Notes: a model not told the origin generated them from the letters alone. DNA of 62,612 nt, filler included, from 5 parts of 5 records of this genome joined end to end with filler, not necessarily neighbours in it; one strand, 5' to 3'. Positions 29,965-39,937 are shown, counted from the first letter of the whole stretch. Translations and numbers: made by a program.

Positions 29965-30041
29965 TTAGATACTCTTCCTCGACGTCTGTCCTATAGTCTG
30001 CCCGCCTGTGGTCCGTCCGCCTGTAATCCACCCGGCGTTCA

Positions 30042-30506
30042 TCACGATACCGCCCCGTCCTGCCGGTCCAGTTTCGATTTGACCGATTTCGGCACCCGTA
30101 CCGGGCGGCCTTTTCGGTCCAGGCAGGCGATGGTGCTGTCCACCTTCACCAGATATTCATCCGTTTCCGCCTTCGCGATGGTCTGCTCGACCAGAAACGA
30201 CGCGCCCTTTATTCCGGCGATCACCGTCCGGATCTCCAGCGCATCGTCAAGCCGGGCGGGCAGGCGAAAATCGATCTCGCTGCGCCTGACCACGAAGTAA
30301 ACGCCTTCCGCGTCGGCAAGTTCCGACTGGAAGACACCAATGTCGCGGAGATATTCCGTGCGCCCACGTTCAGCGAAGCGCAGATAGTTGGCGTGATAGA
30401 CTACACCGCCTGCATCCGTGTCCTCGTAATAGACGCGGGCGCGGAGCACGTGTGTCCCGTCTGCGGTGAACCCCGTCACCGTAGGCTGCAGTTGCCGCTC
30501 AGACAT
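30042..30506 (-). CDS. ybgC: Tol-Pal-associated acyl-CoA thioesterase
   Basis: [28 protein letters not shown]; lies between ruvB and tolQ. Confidence 0.93.
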   Translation of the reverse strand: MSERQLQPTVTGFTADGTHVLRARVYYEDTDAGGVVYHANYLRFAERGRTEYLRDIGVFQSELADAEGVYFVVRRSEIDFRLPARLDDALEIRTVIAGIKGASFLVEQTIAKAETDEYLVKVDSTIACLDRKGRPVRVPKSVKSKLDRQDGAVS

Positions 30507-31578
30507 CCACGCCCTCGGAATTGTTGTCGAGAAGGGTCATTTGCGCCGCTTCGGCGGGCGTCCTGTTCGGCATGGCAAGGCCGAGATAGCGATACCCGGA
30601 TTCAGACAGCAATCGCCCGCGCGGCGTGCGCTGAAGCAGCCCTTGTTGCAGCAGATAAGGCTCGATCACTTCCTCGATCACGTCGCGCTGCTCGGCAAGG
30701 GCCGCCGCAAGGGTTTCGGCCCCGACAGGACCGCCACCGTAATTATCGGCGATGCAACGCAGATAGCGCCGGTCCATGGCATCGAGCCCGCGCTTGTCGA
30801 TATCGAGGCGGTTCAACGCACCGTCCGCCGCCTTCTCGCCAATTTCATCAACCCCGGCCACGGCCGCGAAATCCCGCACCCGGCGCAGCAGACGGCCTGC
30901 AACGCGCGGCGTTCCGCGAGACCGGCTGGCGACTTCAGCCGCGCCTTCCGGCAGCAGGTTCATGCCAAGCAGGGAGGCTCCGCGCATGACGATGCTCTGC
31001 AGTTCCTCCGGCGTATAGAATTGCAGCCGCAAGGGGATGCCGAAGCGTTCGCGCAACGGTGTGGTGATCAGGCCGGACCGCGTCGTCGCCGCCACCAGGG
31101 TAAAGGGCGGCAGATCGATCCGGATAGACCGGGCCGCCGGGCCTTCACCGATAATGAGGTCGAGCTGAAAATCCTCCATAGCCGGATAGAGCACTTCCTC
31201 TACGGCAGGATTAAGGCGATGTATCTCGTCAATGAAGAGAACGTCACGCGCCTGAAGGTTGGTCAGCAGGGCCGCAAGGTCGCCCGCCTTGGCGATCACC
31301 GGGCCAGACGTGGCGCGGAAATTCACACCCAGCTCGCGGGCGACGATCTGGGCCAGCGTCGTCTTGCCGAGGCCGGGCGGGCCGAAGAACAGCGTGTGGT
31401 CCATCGCCTCTTCACGAACCTTCGCGGCCTCGATGAAGACCTTCAGGTTCTCACGCATTTGCTTCTGGCCGACGAAATCATCGAGCGTGACCGGACGCAG
31501 CGCCCGCTCCGGCGTGTCTTCGGTCGACCGCTCGCCATCGACGATCCGGCCCTCTTCCCCGTCGTCCCAGGCACTCAC
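30499..31578 (-). CDS. ruvB: Holliday junction branch-migration helicase RuvB
   Basis: [34 protein letters not shown] and RTPRGR. Confidence 0.97.
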   Translation of the reverse strand: MSAWDDGEEGRIVDGERSTEDTPERALRPVTLDDFVGQKQMRENLKVFIEAAKVREEAMDHTLFFGPPGLGKTTLAQIVARELGVNFRATSGPVIAKAGDLAALLTNLQARDVLFIDEIHRLNPAVEEVLYPAMEDFQLDLIIGEGPAARSIRIDLPPFTLVAATTRSGLITTPLRERFGIPLRLQFYTPEELQSIVMRGASLLGMNLLPEGAAEVASRSRGTPRVAGRLLRRVRDFAAVAGVDEIGEKAADGALNRLDIDKRGLDAMDRRYLRCIADNYGGGPVGAETLAAALAEQRDVIEEVIEPYLLQQGLLQRTPRGRLLSESGYRYLGLAMPNRTPAEAAQMTLLDNNSEGVDV

Positions 31579-32198
31579 GAAGCAAGCTCCTTAAGGCCGC
31601 CGGTGATCAGCTGGTTCAGATCCGCATCCGGTCCCATCGCCTTGACGGCGGCATGAACAGCGCCATAGGCAATGCTGCGGTCATAACCGAGATTCACCAG
31701 GGCGGAGATCGCGTCGGCGACAACGGCAGGCTCTCCCGCCGGGGCAGCCTTGCCCCCCGCAGGCGCCGGCATCGCGGCATCCGCACCGAGCGAAATATTC
31801 ACCGCCTTGTCTTTCAGCTCATTCACGATCCGGCCGGCCAGCTTCGGGCCAACGCCGTCAGCCCGGGTCAGCATCTTGGCATCGCCGGCAGCGACCGAGC
31901 GCAGGATCTCGTCCGGCGCCAGCGCGGACAGGATGGAAAGCGCCGCCTTGGCGCCAACGCCCTGAACCGTCTGCAGGATCCGGAAAGTGTCCTGCTCCGC
32001 CTTGTCGGCAAACCCGTAGAGATGGATATGGTCTTCGCGGACATGGGTTTCGACATGCACGGAGACATCGCCCCCTTTGTCGCCGAGCTGCGCAAGCGTC
32101 CGGCTGGACGCGAAAATCAGATACCCGACACCACGCACATCGATCACGGCACTGCCGTCACCGAAGGAATCGAGAATACCCCGTAATTTGGCGATCAC
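31575..32198 (-). CDS. ruvA: Holliday junction DNA-binding protein RuvA
   Basis: [34 protein letters not shown] and SALVNLGY. Confidence 0.95.
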   Translation of the reverse strand: MIAKLRGILDSFGDGSAVIDVRGVGYLIFASSRTLAQLGDKGGDVSVHVETHVREDHIHLYGFADKAEQDTFRILQTVQGVGAKAALSILSALAPDEILRSVAAGDAKMLTRADGVGPKLAGRIVNELKDKAVNISLGADAAMPAPAGGKAAPAGEPAVVADAISALVNLGYDRSIAYGAVHAAVKAMGPDADLNQLITGGLKELAS

Positions 32199-32773
32199 TG
32201 GCCCATCTCCTTGCGCAGAGCCGCCTGGACCGCACGCTCGTATCCACCGGTTGCCGATTGTTGTTTGAGCCGGGAGACGCCCACCGTCTCGCCAAAGGCG
32301 TGACGGCTCTGGGCGAAATGCGCGTGACAGATCGCCACCGCGAGCGCATCGGCCGCATCCGCGGAGTCGAAAACAGCTTCGGGCAGCAGTTTCGACACCA
32401 TGATCTGAACCTGATCCTTGTTGGCGTGACCGGCCCCGACCACGGTTTTCTTCACCCGGTTCGGCGCATATTCGGTAACCCGGAGACCTTGCTTGGCGGG
32501 AGCCAGAATGACCGCGCCCCGCGCCAGCCCGAGCTTCAGGGTCGATTCCGGGTTCTTGTTCACGAAAGTCTCCTCGACCGCCGCCTCACCGGGGCTGTAG
32601 CGGCCGAGAATGTCCAGAACACCGTCATGCAATTCCAGAAGCCGTTCCGCGATGGACCGGGATGACGTGGACTTCAAGGTCCCGTTGGCGATGTGGCGCA
32701 GCCGGTGGCCGTCCACATCGATCACACCCCAGCCGGTAAAGCGGAGGCCCGGGTCGAGACCGAGAAGCCTCAT
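32195..32773 (-). CDS. ruvC: Crossover junction endodeoxyribonuclease RuvC
   Basis: LGLDPG, AAVEETF, KKTVVG.G.A.K.QV and [12 protein letters not shown]. Confidence 0.95.
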   Translation of the reverse strand: MRLLGLDPGLRFTGWGVIDVDGHRLRHIANGTLKSTSSRSIAERLLELHDGVLDILGRYSPGEAAVEETFVNKNPESTLKLGLARGAVILAPAKQGLRVTEYAPNRVKKTVVGAGHANKDQVQIMVSKLLPEAVFDSADAADALAVAICHAHFAQSRHAFGETVGVSRLKQQSATGGYERAVQAALRKEMGQ

Positions 32774-32822
32774 CGTGACTGCATCTCCCCAATGGGCTTT
32801 TGGCAGGCGCCTGACATTGCGG

Positions 32823-33575
32823 TCAGGCGGCCGCCGTCAGTTTCCGCATGACCTCGTCCGGGATCTCGAAATTCGCCGAGACGGACTGGACGTCATCAAG
32901 ATCCTCGAGAGCCGCCAGCAGCTTCATGATGGTCTCGGCATGGCTCTCGTCCACCGGCACGGTATTCTGCGGCTTCCAGGAAAACTCGGCCTCTTCCGGC
33001 GCGCCAAACTGCTCGGAAAGTGCTTCGCGAACCGCGCTCAGATCATCCGGCGCGCAGGTGATGACGTGACCGTCCTCAGAGGATTCGACATTCTCCGCCC
33101 CCGCTTCCAGAGCGGCCTCGAACATGGCATCGGCTTCCGCCTTGTCTGCCGGATAGGAGATCTGGCCGACCCGGTCGAACATGAAGCTGACGGAGTTTGT
33201 CTCTCCGAGAGTCCCGCCATATTTCGAGAAAGTGGAGCGGACTTCGGAAGCAGTCCGGTTGCGGTTATCGGTCAGCGCCTCGACGATCATGGCGACACCG
33301 CCGGAGGCATAACCCTCGTACCGGATGTCCTCGAAATTGTCGTCCGCACCGCCGCCTTCGGCCTTCTTCAGTACCCGATCGATATTGTCCTTCGGCATGT
33401 TGGCCTCGCGGGCCGCCTGAATAGCCGAACGCAGTCGCGGGTTAGCGCTCACATCGGTACTCGCCTTCGCCGCGACCGCGATCTCCCGGATCAGCCGCGT
33501 GAAAAGCTTGGCGCGCTTTTTATCCTGCGCGCCCTTGCGGTACATGATGTTCTTAAATTGGGAATGCCCTGCCAT
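32823..33575 (-). CDS. yebC: YebC/PmpR family protein
   Basis: [23 protein letters not shown] and [10 protein letters not shown]. Confidence 0.95.
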   Translation of the reverse strand: MAGHSQFKNIMYRKGAQDKKRAKLFTRLIREIAVAAKASTDVSANPRLRSAIQAAREANMPKDNIDRVLKKAEGGGADDNFEDIRYEGYASGGVAMIVEALTDNRNRTASEVRSTFSKYGGTLGETNSVSFMFDRVGQISYPADKAEADAMFEAALEAGAENVESSEDGHVITCAPDDLSAVREALSEQFGAPEEAEFSWKPQNTVPVDESHAETIMKLLAALEDLDDVQSVSANFEIPDEVMRKLTAAA

Positions 33576-33999
33576 TTCCTACAGTCCTCATGGGGTCCAG
33601 GCTCATTCGAAATGCCTACCCGGACGCAACACCGCGTCCCGACAGGCCCGGAGGCCGGATCAATCGGCGAATCGGGCGACGAGTCAAGAGCGACGGGCAA
33701 ATCTATTTGCCGCCGCACCGCAGATTTCCGCCGATCACGCCCGATATCAGCCTAGTTAATACCAGCTAATTCTATACCAGATATTGTATGAACACGCATC
33801 AGCCGAGGCGGATTTCCACTCTCCGGAGACGAAAACATCTCATACGGTGTTACGCATTTCATAGTGACACCATGAATTGAGAGGTTGAAAATCCGACTAT
33901 AGCCTTACCCATCGGAAGTCGATTAAACTCCGCCGAGTGGTATGAAATTATAAAGATTCTACGGATTTCAGAATCCTGAAACCGGGGAAGCTGTGGTGA

Positions 34000-34530
34000 A
34001 TGTCTCAAAGCCCGACCAACGAAGCGCGGTTCCAGCGCCTTTCGGTGATGATTGTCGAAGACAGCCAGCCCATGCGGGAAGTCTTGCGGGCGATGTTGCA
34101 GTCAGTCGGCGTGAAAAATATCATCGATGCACGCGACGGCCAGCACGCTATCCGCAAGCTAGGCGAATATCAGGTTGATCTGATCATCACCGACTGGGTG
34201 ATGGAAGAGATGGACGGCATAGAATTGACCCGCTGGATCCGGAACGACCCCGCAAGTCCGGATGAGTTCCTGCCCATCATCATGGTCAGCGGCCATACGG
34301 AAGCGAACCGGATCGAGATGGCCCGCGATGCGGGTGTCACCGAATTCATGGCCAAGCCTCTTACCGGCGTGGGCCTGATCCAGCGCCTCGTGGCCGTGAT
34401 CGAATATCCCCGTCCTTTCGTTCGCACCGACAATTATTTCGGACCGGACCGTCGCCGGAAGGTCGAATCCTTCGACGGCGAGGAACGGCGCGCCGCCGAG
34501 TTGCGCGACAGGGACGCGCGCAGCGCCTAG
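34000..34530 (+). CDS. CheY-like receiver protein with C-terminal arginine-rich (ARR) motif, Cle-like
   Basis: REC motifs IVED, ITDW.M..MDG, MVSG and AKP, followed by RPFVRTDNYFGPDRRR..FDGEERR. Confidence 0.8.
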   Translation: MSQSPTNEARFQRLSVMIVEDSQPMREVLRAMLQSVGVKNIIDARDGQHAIRKLGEYQVDLIITDWVMEEMDGIELTRWIRNDPASPDEFLPIIMVSGHTEANRIEMARDAGVTEFMAKPLTGVGLIQRLVAVIEYPRPFVRTDNYFGPDRRRKVESFDGEERRAAELRDRDARSA

Positions 34531-34575
34531 ACCCAAGACAACAGACCGGAAAAACCGGCTTACGAGAGGATCGAA

Positions 34576-35076
34576 ATGGCCCAACCCCCGAAAGGCACTT
34601 ACGAGGTCATTCATCAGCCCAACAAGCTGAAGGATCTGGTTGGCGGCCCCGCGCGCATGGACGAGCGATTGATCGCAAAGGCCGAAGCCGCACTGGCAGA
34701 AGCCTCCGCCAAGATAGACCTCTCGGAAACCGCTAAGGAGAGCATTGTCAAACTCGATGATGCCGTCGAAAGACTGAAGACGGACGGCACTGATCCGGCA
34801 GGCCCCGAACGCACGATCTATACGGTGATGCACGATCTCCGCTCCCAGGGCTCCAGCTTCGGCTATCCCATGGTCGAGAAGATCGCGACCTCGATGAACC
34901 GCTATCTGGAACTGGGCGAGCCCGGGCAGCGCGGGCACAATGACGCGGATGCCATCAAGGCCCATGTAGACGCCCTGAAAGCCGTGGTCGCAACGAAGAT
35001 GAAAGGCGAAGCCGGCGCTATTGGCCAGCAGATCGTCGCCGGGCTCTACAAGATTTCCCGCACAAAAACCAAATAA
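34576..35076 (+). CDS. HPt-domain (CheE-like) phosphotransfer protein
   Basis: All-helical; MHDLRSQGSSFGYP fits the HPt H-box pattern; directly downstream of the receiver gene. Confidence 0.7.
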   Translation: MAQPPKGTYEVIHQPNKLKDLVGGPARMDERLIAKAEAALAEASAKIDLSETAKESIVKLDDAVERLKTDGTDPAGPERTIYTVMHDLRSQGSSFGYPMVEKIATSMNRYLELGEPGQRGHNDADAIKAHVDALKAVVATKMKGEAGAIGQQIVAGLYKISRTKTK

Positions 35077-35085
35077 GCGCCTGCC

Positions 35086-35526
35086 TTACACAAGGCAGAG
35101 CTTTTCCATCTCGGCGCGCATCTGCTCCGGGATCGGCACCGGCGTCTGCGTTGCCCGGTCGACATAGACATGCACGAAATGACCAAGCGCGGCGATCTCG
35201 TCATCGCCTTCGCGGAACAGTGCGGTTGCGTAGGTGACGCTCGACCGGCCAAGCCGCTCCACCCGGATGCCCGCATCGATCCGGTCCGGGAACACCAGTG
35301 ACTTCTTGAACTGGCAGCGGGTCTCCACCACCAATCCGACAATCGGGCTGTTGTGGATATCCAACCCGGCCTCACGGATCAGATGCGTGTTCACGGCGGT
35401 ATCGAAGTAGGAATAATACTGCACGTTGTTGACGTGCCCATAGACGTCATTGTCCATCCAGCGCGTCGGAATCTCCAGCCACCAGCGGAACCGGTCGCGG
35501 GTCTCGATTAACCCCTCCCCGCTCAC
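35086..35526 (-). CDS. Hot-dog-fold acyl-CoA thioesterase (4HBT/YbgC-like)
   Basis: TRWMDNDVYGHVNNVQYYSYFD; GHFVHVYVD. Confidence 0.88.
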   Translation of the reverse strand: MSGEGLIETRDRFRWWLEIPTRWMDNDVYGHVNNVQYYSYFDTAVNTHLIREAGLDIHNSPIVGLVVETRCQFKKSLVFPDRIDAGIRVERLGRSSVTYATALFREGDDEIAALGHFVHVYVDRATQTPVPIPEQMRAEMEKLCLV

Positions 35527-36323
35527 CGAAGCGCCTCGAAAAAGTCAGCCAGCACGTCGAGCACTTCGTCGGGCTGCTCGATCATCATCATGTGACCGGC
35601 GCGCGGCAGGATAACGGCACGCGCGTCCGGCAGCGCATCAACCAGCGGCCGGGCCAGCTTGGCCGGGGTCATCTTGTCGTCGGAGCCGGAGAGCACCAGC
35701 GCCGGGCACGTAACCGCCGCCGCTGCCGTCAACGCCCCGTCATAGGTATCGCAGGCGGCAAGATCTGTCGCCAGAACCGCATAGTCGCCCGCTTCCAGCA
35801 ACCGCATGCTGGCACCACTGACCCAGGCGCCGGGCGCCCTGTGGCCGCCGATCTGTGCACGCTTGCCGACGCTCCAGCCAACCATGGTCTCAAGTGCCAC
35901 ATGCTTGCCCGTGCGGGCGGCACCCAGCAGATCCGGATGCACTTTCATTTCCGGCACAGCGCCAAGCAGAGCGAGCGCTTTCGCGCGTGCGCCCAGACGG
36001 GAAGCAACCTCAAGCGCGATGAGCGCGCCCATGGAATGCCCCATGACCATCACCTCACCGGCCCCGGCCGCATCCAGTGCCGCGAGGCACCAATCGGCGA
36101 AAGCCGGGATCGTCTCCGGCACCGTCCCGGCGCTGCGGCTGTGCCCCGGCAGATCGACAGCCAGGACGGAAAAGCCGTGATGCGCAAAGTAGCGCGCCTG
36201 CATGGACCAGACCGTGTGATCCATTCCGGCCCCGTGCAGCATCAGGATCGTTGCCTTGCCGCCGTCAAACGGGCGTCCGCCGGTCGCCGCGAACGCCTCA
36301 TGCCCCTCTACTGTGAACTTCAT
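35523..36323 (-). CDS. Alpha/beta hydrolase
   Basis: LHGAG, DLPGH, GHSMG nucleophile, D.MTP and GH catalytic His; translationally coupled to the thioesterase. Confidence 0.88.
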   Translation of the reverse strand: MKFTVEGHEAFAATGGRPFDGGKATILMLHGAGMDHTVWSMQARYFAHHGFSVLAVDLPGHSRSAGTVPETIPAFADWCLAALDAAGAGEVMVMGHSMGALIALEVASRLGARAKALALLGAVPEMKVHPDLLGAARTGKHVALETMVGWSVGKRAQIGGHRAPGAWVSGASMRLLEAGDYAVLATDLAACDTYDGALTAAAAVTCPALVLSGSDDKMTPAKLARPLVDALPDARAVILPRAGHMMMIEQPDEVLDVLADFFEALR

Positions 36324-36327
36324 CGGC

Positions 36328-37635
36328 TTATCCCGCCTTGCGCTTCGTTGCGGCGCGCAGCGCCTGTTTCAGATCGCCGATCAGGTCGTCCACGTCTTCG
36401 AGCCCGACCGAAAGCCGGACCAGATCCTCGGACAGTCCCGCCGCCTTCATCATTTCCGCATCCATTTGCTGGTGCGTGGTGCTGGCCGGGTGGATGACCA
36501 GAGATTTGGCATCACCGACATTCGCGAGGTGGGACCAGACGCCGAGCCGGTCGATGAAGGTTTTCCCGGCTTCGCGGCCGCCCTTGATCCCGAAAGCGAT
36601 CATCGAACCCGCGCCCTTCGGCATCATCCGCGCCGCCAGCTCCTTGTCCGGATGACTGTCCAGCTCCGGGTAGAGCACCCATTCCACCGCCTCCGATGCT
36701 TCCAGGAAGGCCGCGACCTTGCGGGCATTGGCGACATGCCGGTCCATGCGCAGCGGCAGGGTCTCGATGCCCTGCATCAGGTGAAAGGCATTGGTCGGAG
36801 ACATGCAGGCACCAAAATCGCGCAGGCCCTCGGCCCGGGCCCGCATGCAGAAGGCCTGCGGGCCGAACTCCTCGGCGAAATCGAGGCCGTGATAACCGGC
36901 ATAGGGTTCCGTCAGGGTCGGGAATTTGCCGGACGCCTCCCAGTCGAACCGGCCGCCATCGACCAGCACGCCGCCAATGGCCACACCATGCCCGCCGAGC
37001 CATTTGGTCGCCGAATGCATGATGAGGTCCGCGCCGTGATCGAACGGCCGGCAGAGATAGGGCGTGGTGAAGGTGGCATCGATCATCAACGGGATACCGG
37101 CCTCGTGCGCGACCTCGGCCAGCGCGGCAATATCCAGTACTTCGAGACCAGGGTTGCCGATGGTCTCGGCGAAAACCAGACGGGTCTCCGGCTTGATCAC
37201 CTTGCGGAAGCCGTCGATGTCGCGCGGGTGGACCTTGGTGGTCTCGATCCCGAAGCGTGGCAGGGTATGGCTGAAAAGGTTGTGGCTGCCGCCATAGAGC
37301 GCGCTGGAGGCAACGATGTGCGAGCCCGCGCCCATCAGCGTCACGATGGCGAGATGCAGTGCCGCATGACCGCTTGCCGTCGCCACCGCGCCAACCCCGC
37401 CTTCAAGCGCCGCCATGCGCTCTTCCAGTACCGCGACGGTTGGATTGGAGATCCGCGAATAAATGTGCCCGGCCCGCTCCAGATTGAACAGCGAGGCCGC
37501 ATGTTCGGAATCCCGGAACACGTATGACGTGGTCTGATAGATCGGCACCGCGCGGGCGCCGGTATCGCTGTCCGGTTGCTGCCCGGCATGTAGCGCGAGC
37601 GTATCGAAACCGAAGAGATTTCCGTCTGAAGTCAT
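36328..37635 (-). CDS. metY: O-acetylhomoserine aminocarboxypropyltransferase (sulfhydrylase)
   Basis: GARAVPIYQTTSY, YSRISNPT, HSATKWLGGHG and HLANVGDAKSLVIHPASTTH; ATG at 37635 after GGAGGGG. Confidence 0.85.
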   Translation of the reverse strand: MTSDGNLFGFDTLALHAGQQPDSDTGARAVPIYQTTSYVFRDSEHAASLFNLERAGHIYSRISNPTVAVLEERMAALEGGVGAVATASGHAALHLAIVTLMGAGSHIVASSALYGGSHNLFSHTLPRFGIETTKVHPRDIDGFRKVIKPETRLVFAETIGNPGLEVLDIAALAEVAHEAGIPLMIDATFTTPYLCRPFDHGADLIMHSATKWLGGHGVAIGGVLVDGGRFDWEASGKFPTLTEPYAGYHGLDFAEEFGPQAFCMRARAEGLRDFGACMSPTNAFHLMQGIETLPLRMDRHVANARKVAAFLEASEAVEWVLYPELDSHPDKELAARMMPKGAGSMIAFGIKGGREAGKTFIDRLGVWSHLANVGDAKSLVIHPASTTHQQMDAEMMKAAGLSEDLVRLSVGLEDVDDLIGDLKQALRAATKRKAG

Positions 37636-37784
37636 GTGCTGCCCCTCCATCCTGCGCTTTGGTCAGGTTCGGCGCGATCTTTAACGGATGAAGGGTTGGA
37701 CGCAAGCGTGATGGCACGCCAGGAAGATATTTTAGGGTGCCCGGCTCCGCCCCCGCAAAGCCTCCGAACCAATGGTTCAGAATC

Positions 37785-37812
37785 GAAGGACCGCGCCGAA
37801 GCGCGGCCCTTC
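37785..37812 (-). terminator. Strong UUCG-capped hairpin (candidate sRNA 3' end or attenuator)
   Basis: Minus strand GAAGGGCCGCGC-UUCG-GCGCGGUCCUUC gives 12 pairs with one G-U; the same stem on the plus strand has an A-C mismatch. Confidence 0.6.
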
Positions 37813-38095
37813 ATTTATTCTTTTTTTGAACTGTGAGCACCCTGTTCAACTTGCCCGGGACAGACGGTAATGCCCCCACCAGAAATGTCAAGTCAGAGTC
37901 AGAGAGGCGACAAAAATGTGACATCGAACAGTTCATACGAACCTTTGAAATACACCGGCAACCACTGGCGTCAGCAGCAAAACATATAATGCGGAGACAC
38001 ATCAACTATCTGGTAAAATTAGATCTTCCTGTCCCGAGGAGAGACGTGAGAATCCGAGTCTCTCGGAAAAGACGATCTGAAAAACCGATTCCCGA

Positions 38096-38698
38096 TCACG
38101 CTTGGGACGCGGCATCGTCCTTCCAGCGGCGGACCGTTCCGAGGTCGATATCGAAAAGGTCCAGCATCCGGCCGAGAGAGTGATCCACCATGTCCGCGAT
38201 CGAGTCCGGTCTCGCATAAAATGCGGGAACCGGCGGCGCGATGATCGCCCCCATATCGGACAATGCCAGCATGTTCCGCAGATGCCCCGAATGCAGTGGC
38301 GTTTCCCGGACCATGCAGACCAGCCGGCGGCGCTCTTTCAGGATCACGTCGGCCGCGCGCGACAGCAGCGTGTCGGTCACGCCGGTCGCGATTTCCGCCA
38401 GGCTCTTCACCGAGCACGGGGCAATGATCATACCCATTGTCCGGAACGATCCGGAGGCGACAGCGGCGCCGATATCCTTATTGGCATGCACCACGTCGGC
38501 CAGCGCCTCGACATCCCGGACCTTGAGGTTCGTTTCATGCGCCAGCGTGATTTCCGCCGCCCGGCTCATGATCAGGTGAGTTTCGATTTTCTGCTCGTCC
38601 GGCAAGGCCCGGAGCAATTCCAGCAACCGGACGCCGTAGACAACTCCCGAGGCACCGCTGATTCCGATTATCAGCTTGTTTTTTTGGGGATTTCTCAT
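38096..38698 (-). CDS. ubiX: Flavin prenyltransferase
   Basis: IGISGASG, ASGSF, APCS.KSL, RAADVILKERR, RETP and PPVPAFY. Confidence 0.93.
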   Translation of the reverse strand: MRNPQKNKLIIGISGASGVVYGVRLLELLRALPDEQKIETHLIMSRAAEITLAHETNLKVRDVEALADVVHANKDIGAAVASGSFRTMGMIIAPCSVKSLAEIATGVTDTLLSRAADVILKERRRLVCMVRETPLHSGHLRNMLALSDMGAIIAPPVPAFYARPDSIADMVDHSLGRMLDLFDIDLGTVRRWKDDAASQA

Positions 38699-38853
38699 GA
38701 AAAAAATTTACCTCGGAAATCCAGCGCGTTACGCGCTTTGACGAAAAAACCGCGCAATTTGCCCGAAGTGGACTCATTGCACAAGCCCCTAAAGATACCT
38801 ATTCTTTAAACTGTAACGTTTGAAGTTCACGATCAAAAAAGGAGAGCATAGGC

Positions 38854-39018
38854 ATGGCCCAGGCACAGCGGATTGAATCGCTGAAACAACGCCACGAGAC
38901 CTTGGAGCGAAACCTTGATCAGGAACGTACCAGACCCATGCCGGACAGCGCTGCTGTCGCAGAAATAAAACGCAAGAAACTTGCGATCAAAGACGAGATG
39001 GAAAATCTCAGGGCCTAG
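38854..39018 (+). CDS. Small DUF465/YdcH-family coiled-coil protein (54 aa, absent from the ORF track)
   Basis: MAQAQRIESLKQRHETLERNLDQERTRPMPDSAAVAEIKRKKLAIKDEMENLRA*; AAGGAG SD; KxxKLxxKDE signature. Confidence 0.88.
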   Translation: MAQAQRIESLKQRHETLERNLDQERTRPMPDSAAVAEIKRKKLAIKDEMENLRA

Positions 39019-39054
39019 CCCCCACCAAACCGGTATCCCCATCAGAATATCGTT

Positions 39055-39081
39055 GCACCCGCCGAAAAACTCGGCGGGTGC
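39055..39081. terminator. Stem-loop between convergent DUF465 and SDR genes
   Basis: GCACCCGCCGA-AAAAC-TCGGCGGGTGC, an 11-bp stem followed by TTGTTATT. Confidence 0.7.
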
Positions 39082-39108
39082 TTGTTATTCCGGCCTCATG
39101 ATCAGGGC

Positions 39109-39903
39109 CTAGGTTGCCATCCAGCCGCCATCGAGCGTCAATGTGGTTCCGGTCATGTTGTCCGCGGCATTACTGCACAGAAACAGGGCCGCTCCGGACA
39201 ATTGCTCGAATGTGGTGAACCTGCCGGACGGCTGCTGGTCGATCAGCAGATCGTAGGTCGCCTGCTCGATACTGGTGCCGTCCCTTTTTGCCCGGTCTTC
39301 GATCTGCACATCGACCAGCGGCGTCTTCACCCAACCGGGGCAAATGGCATTGCAGGTCACACCGGTTTGGGCATTTTCCAGCCCGGTGACCTTGGTCAGC
39401 CCGACCACACCATGCTTGGCCGCGACATAGGCGGATTTGCGGACCGAACCGCCCAACCCAGCGTTTGATGCAATATTCACGATGCGGCCCCAGCCGCGCC
39501 GCTTCATCCCCGGCAAAACCGCGCGCGTCGCGTGGAACGGCGCTGAGAGATTGATTGCGATCAGCGCATCCCAACGCTCCACCGGGAAGACTTCGATCAT
39601 TTCGGTATATTGGATACCGGCATTGTTCACGAGAATATCGACGGCACCGAAATGGCCCTCGGCCGTCCGGACCAGATCTTCGATCTCGCCCGGAATGCTC
39701 ATATCTGCGCCGTGAAAGATCACCTCGACGCCATGTTTTGACGCCAGCGCCGAACGCTCGGATTCTATCTTGCCCGCATCGCCCAGACCGTTAAGCACGA
39801 TATTCGCGCCCTCGGCGGCGAAAGCATCGGCCAACGCCGCACCGATCCCGCTGGTCGAGCCGGTTACAAGAACTGTCTTGCCTTTCACGGGAGCCCTTTC
39901 CAT
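39109..39903 (-). CDS. SDR oxidoreductase, divergent 3-hydroxybutyrate dehydrogenase paralogue
   Basis: TGSTSGIG, NNAGIQ, YVAAK and CPGWVKTPL; alternative GTG start at 39888. Confidence 0.88.
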   Translation of the reverse strand: MERAPVKGKTVLVTGSTSGIGAALADAFAAEGANIVLNGLGDAGKIESERSALASKHGVEVIFHGADMSIPGEIEDLVRTAEGHFGAVDILVNNAGIQYTEMIEVFPVERWDALIAINLSAPFHATRAVLPGMKRRGWGRIVNIASNAGLGGSVRKSAYVAAKHGVVGLTKVTGLENAQTGVTCNAICPGWVKTPLVDVQIEDRAKRDGTSIEQATYDLLIDQQPSGRFTTFEQLSGAALFLCSNAADNMTGTTLTLDGGWMAT

Positions 39904-39937
39904 GAAGCAGAGTGGTATTCCGCGAATATGAAGGGCG

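Noticed and set aside
32195..32310. C-terminal extension of RuvC as a novel domain
   Set aside because: Only about 35 aa, a probably helical tail running into the ruvA start; too little evidence.
33750..33960. Possible CtrA boxes upstream of the Cle-like gene (and at 54385-54430)
   Set aside because: Only TTAA half-sites; no correctly spaced TTAA-N7-TTAA.
37833..38183. 116-aa plus-strand ORF in the metY-ubiX gap
   Set aside because: GTG start without SD, atypical composition, and overlap with the ubiX 3' end.
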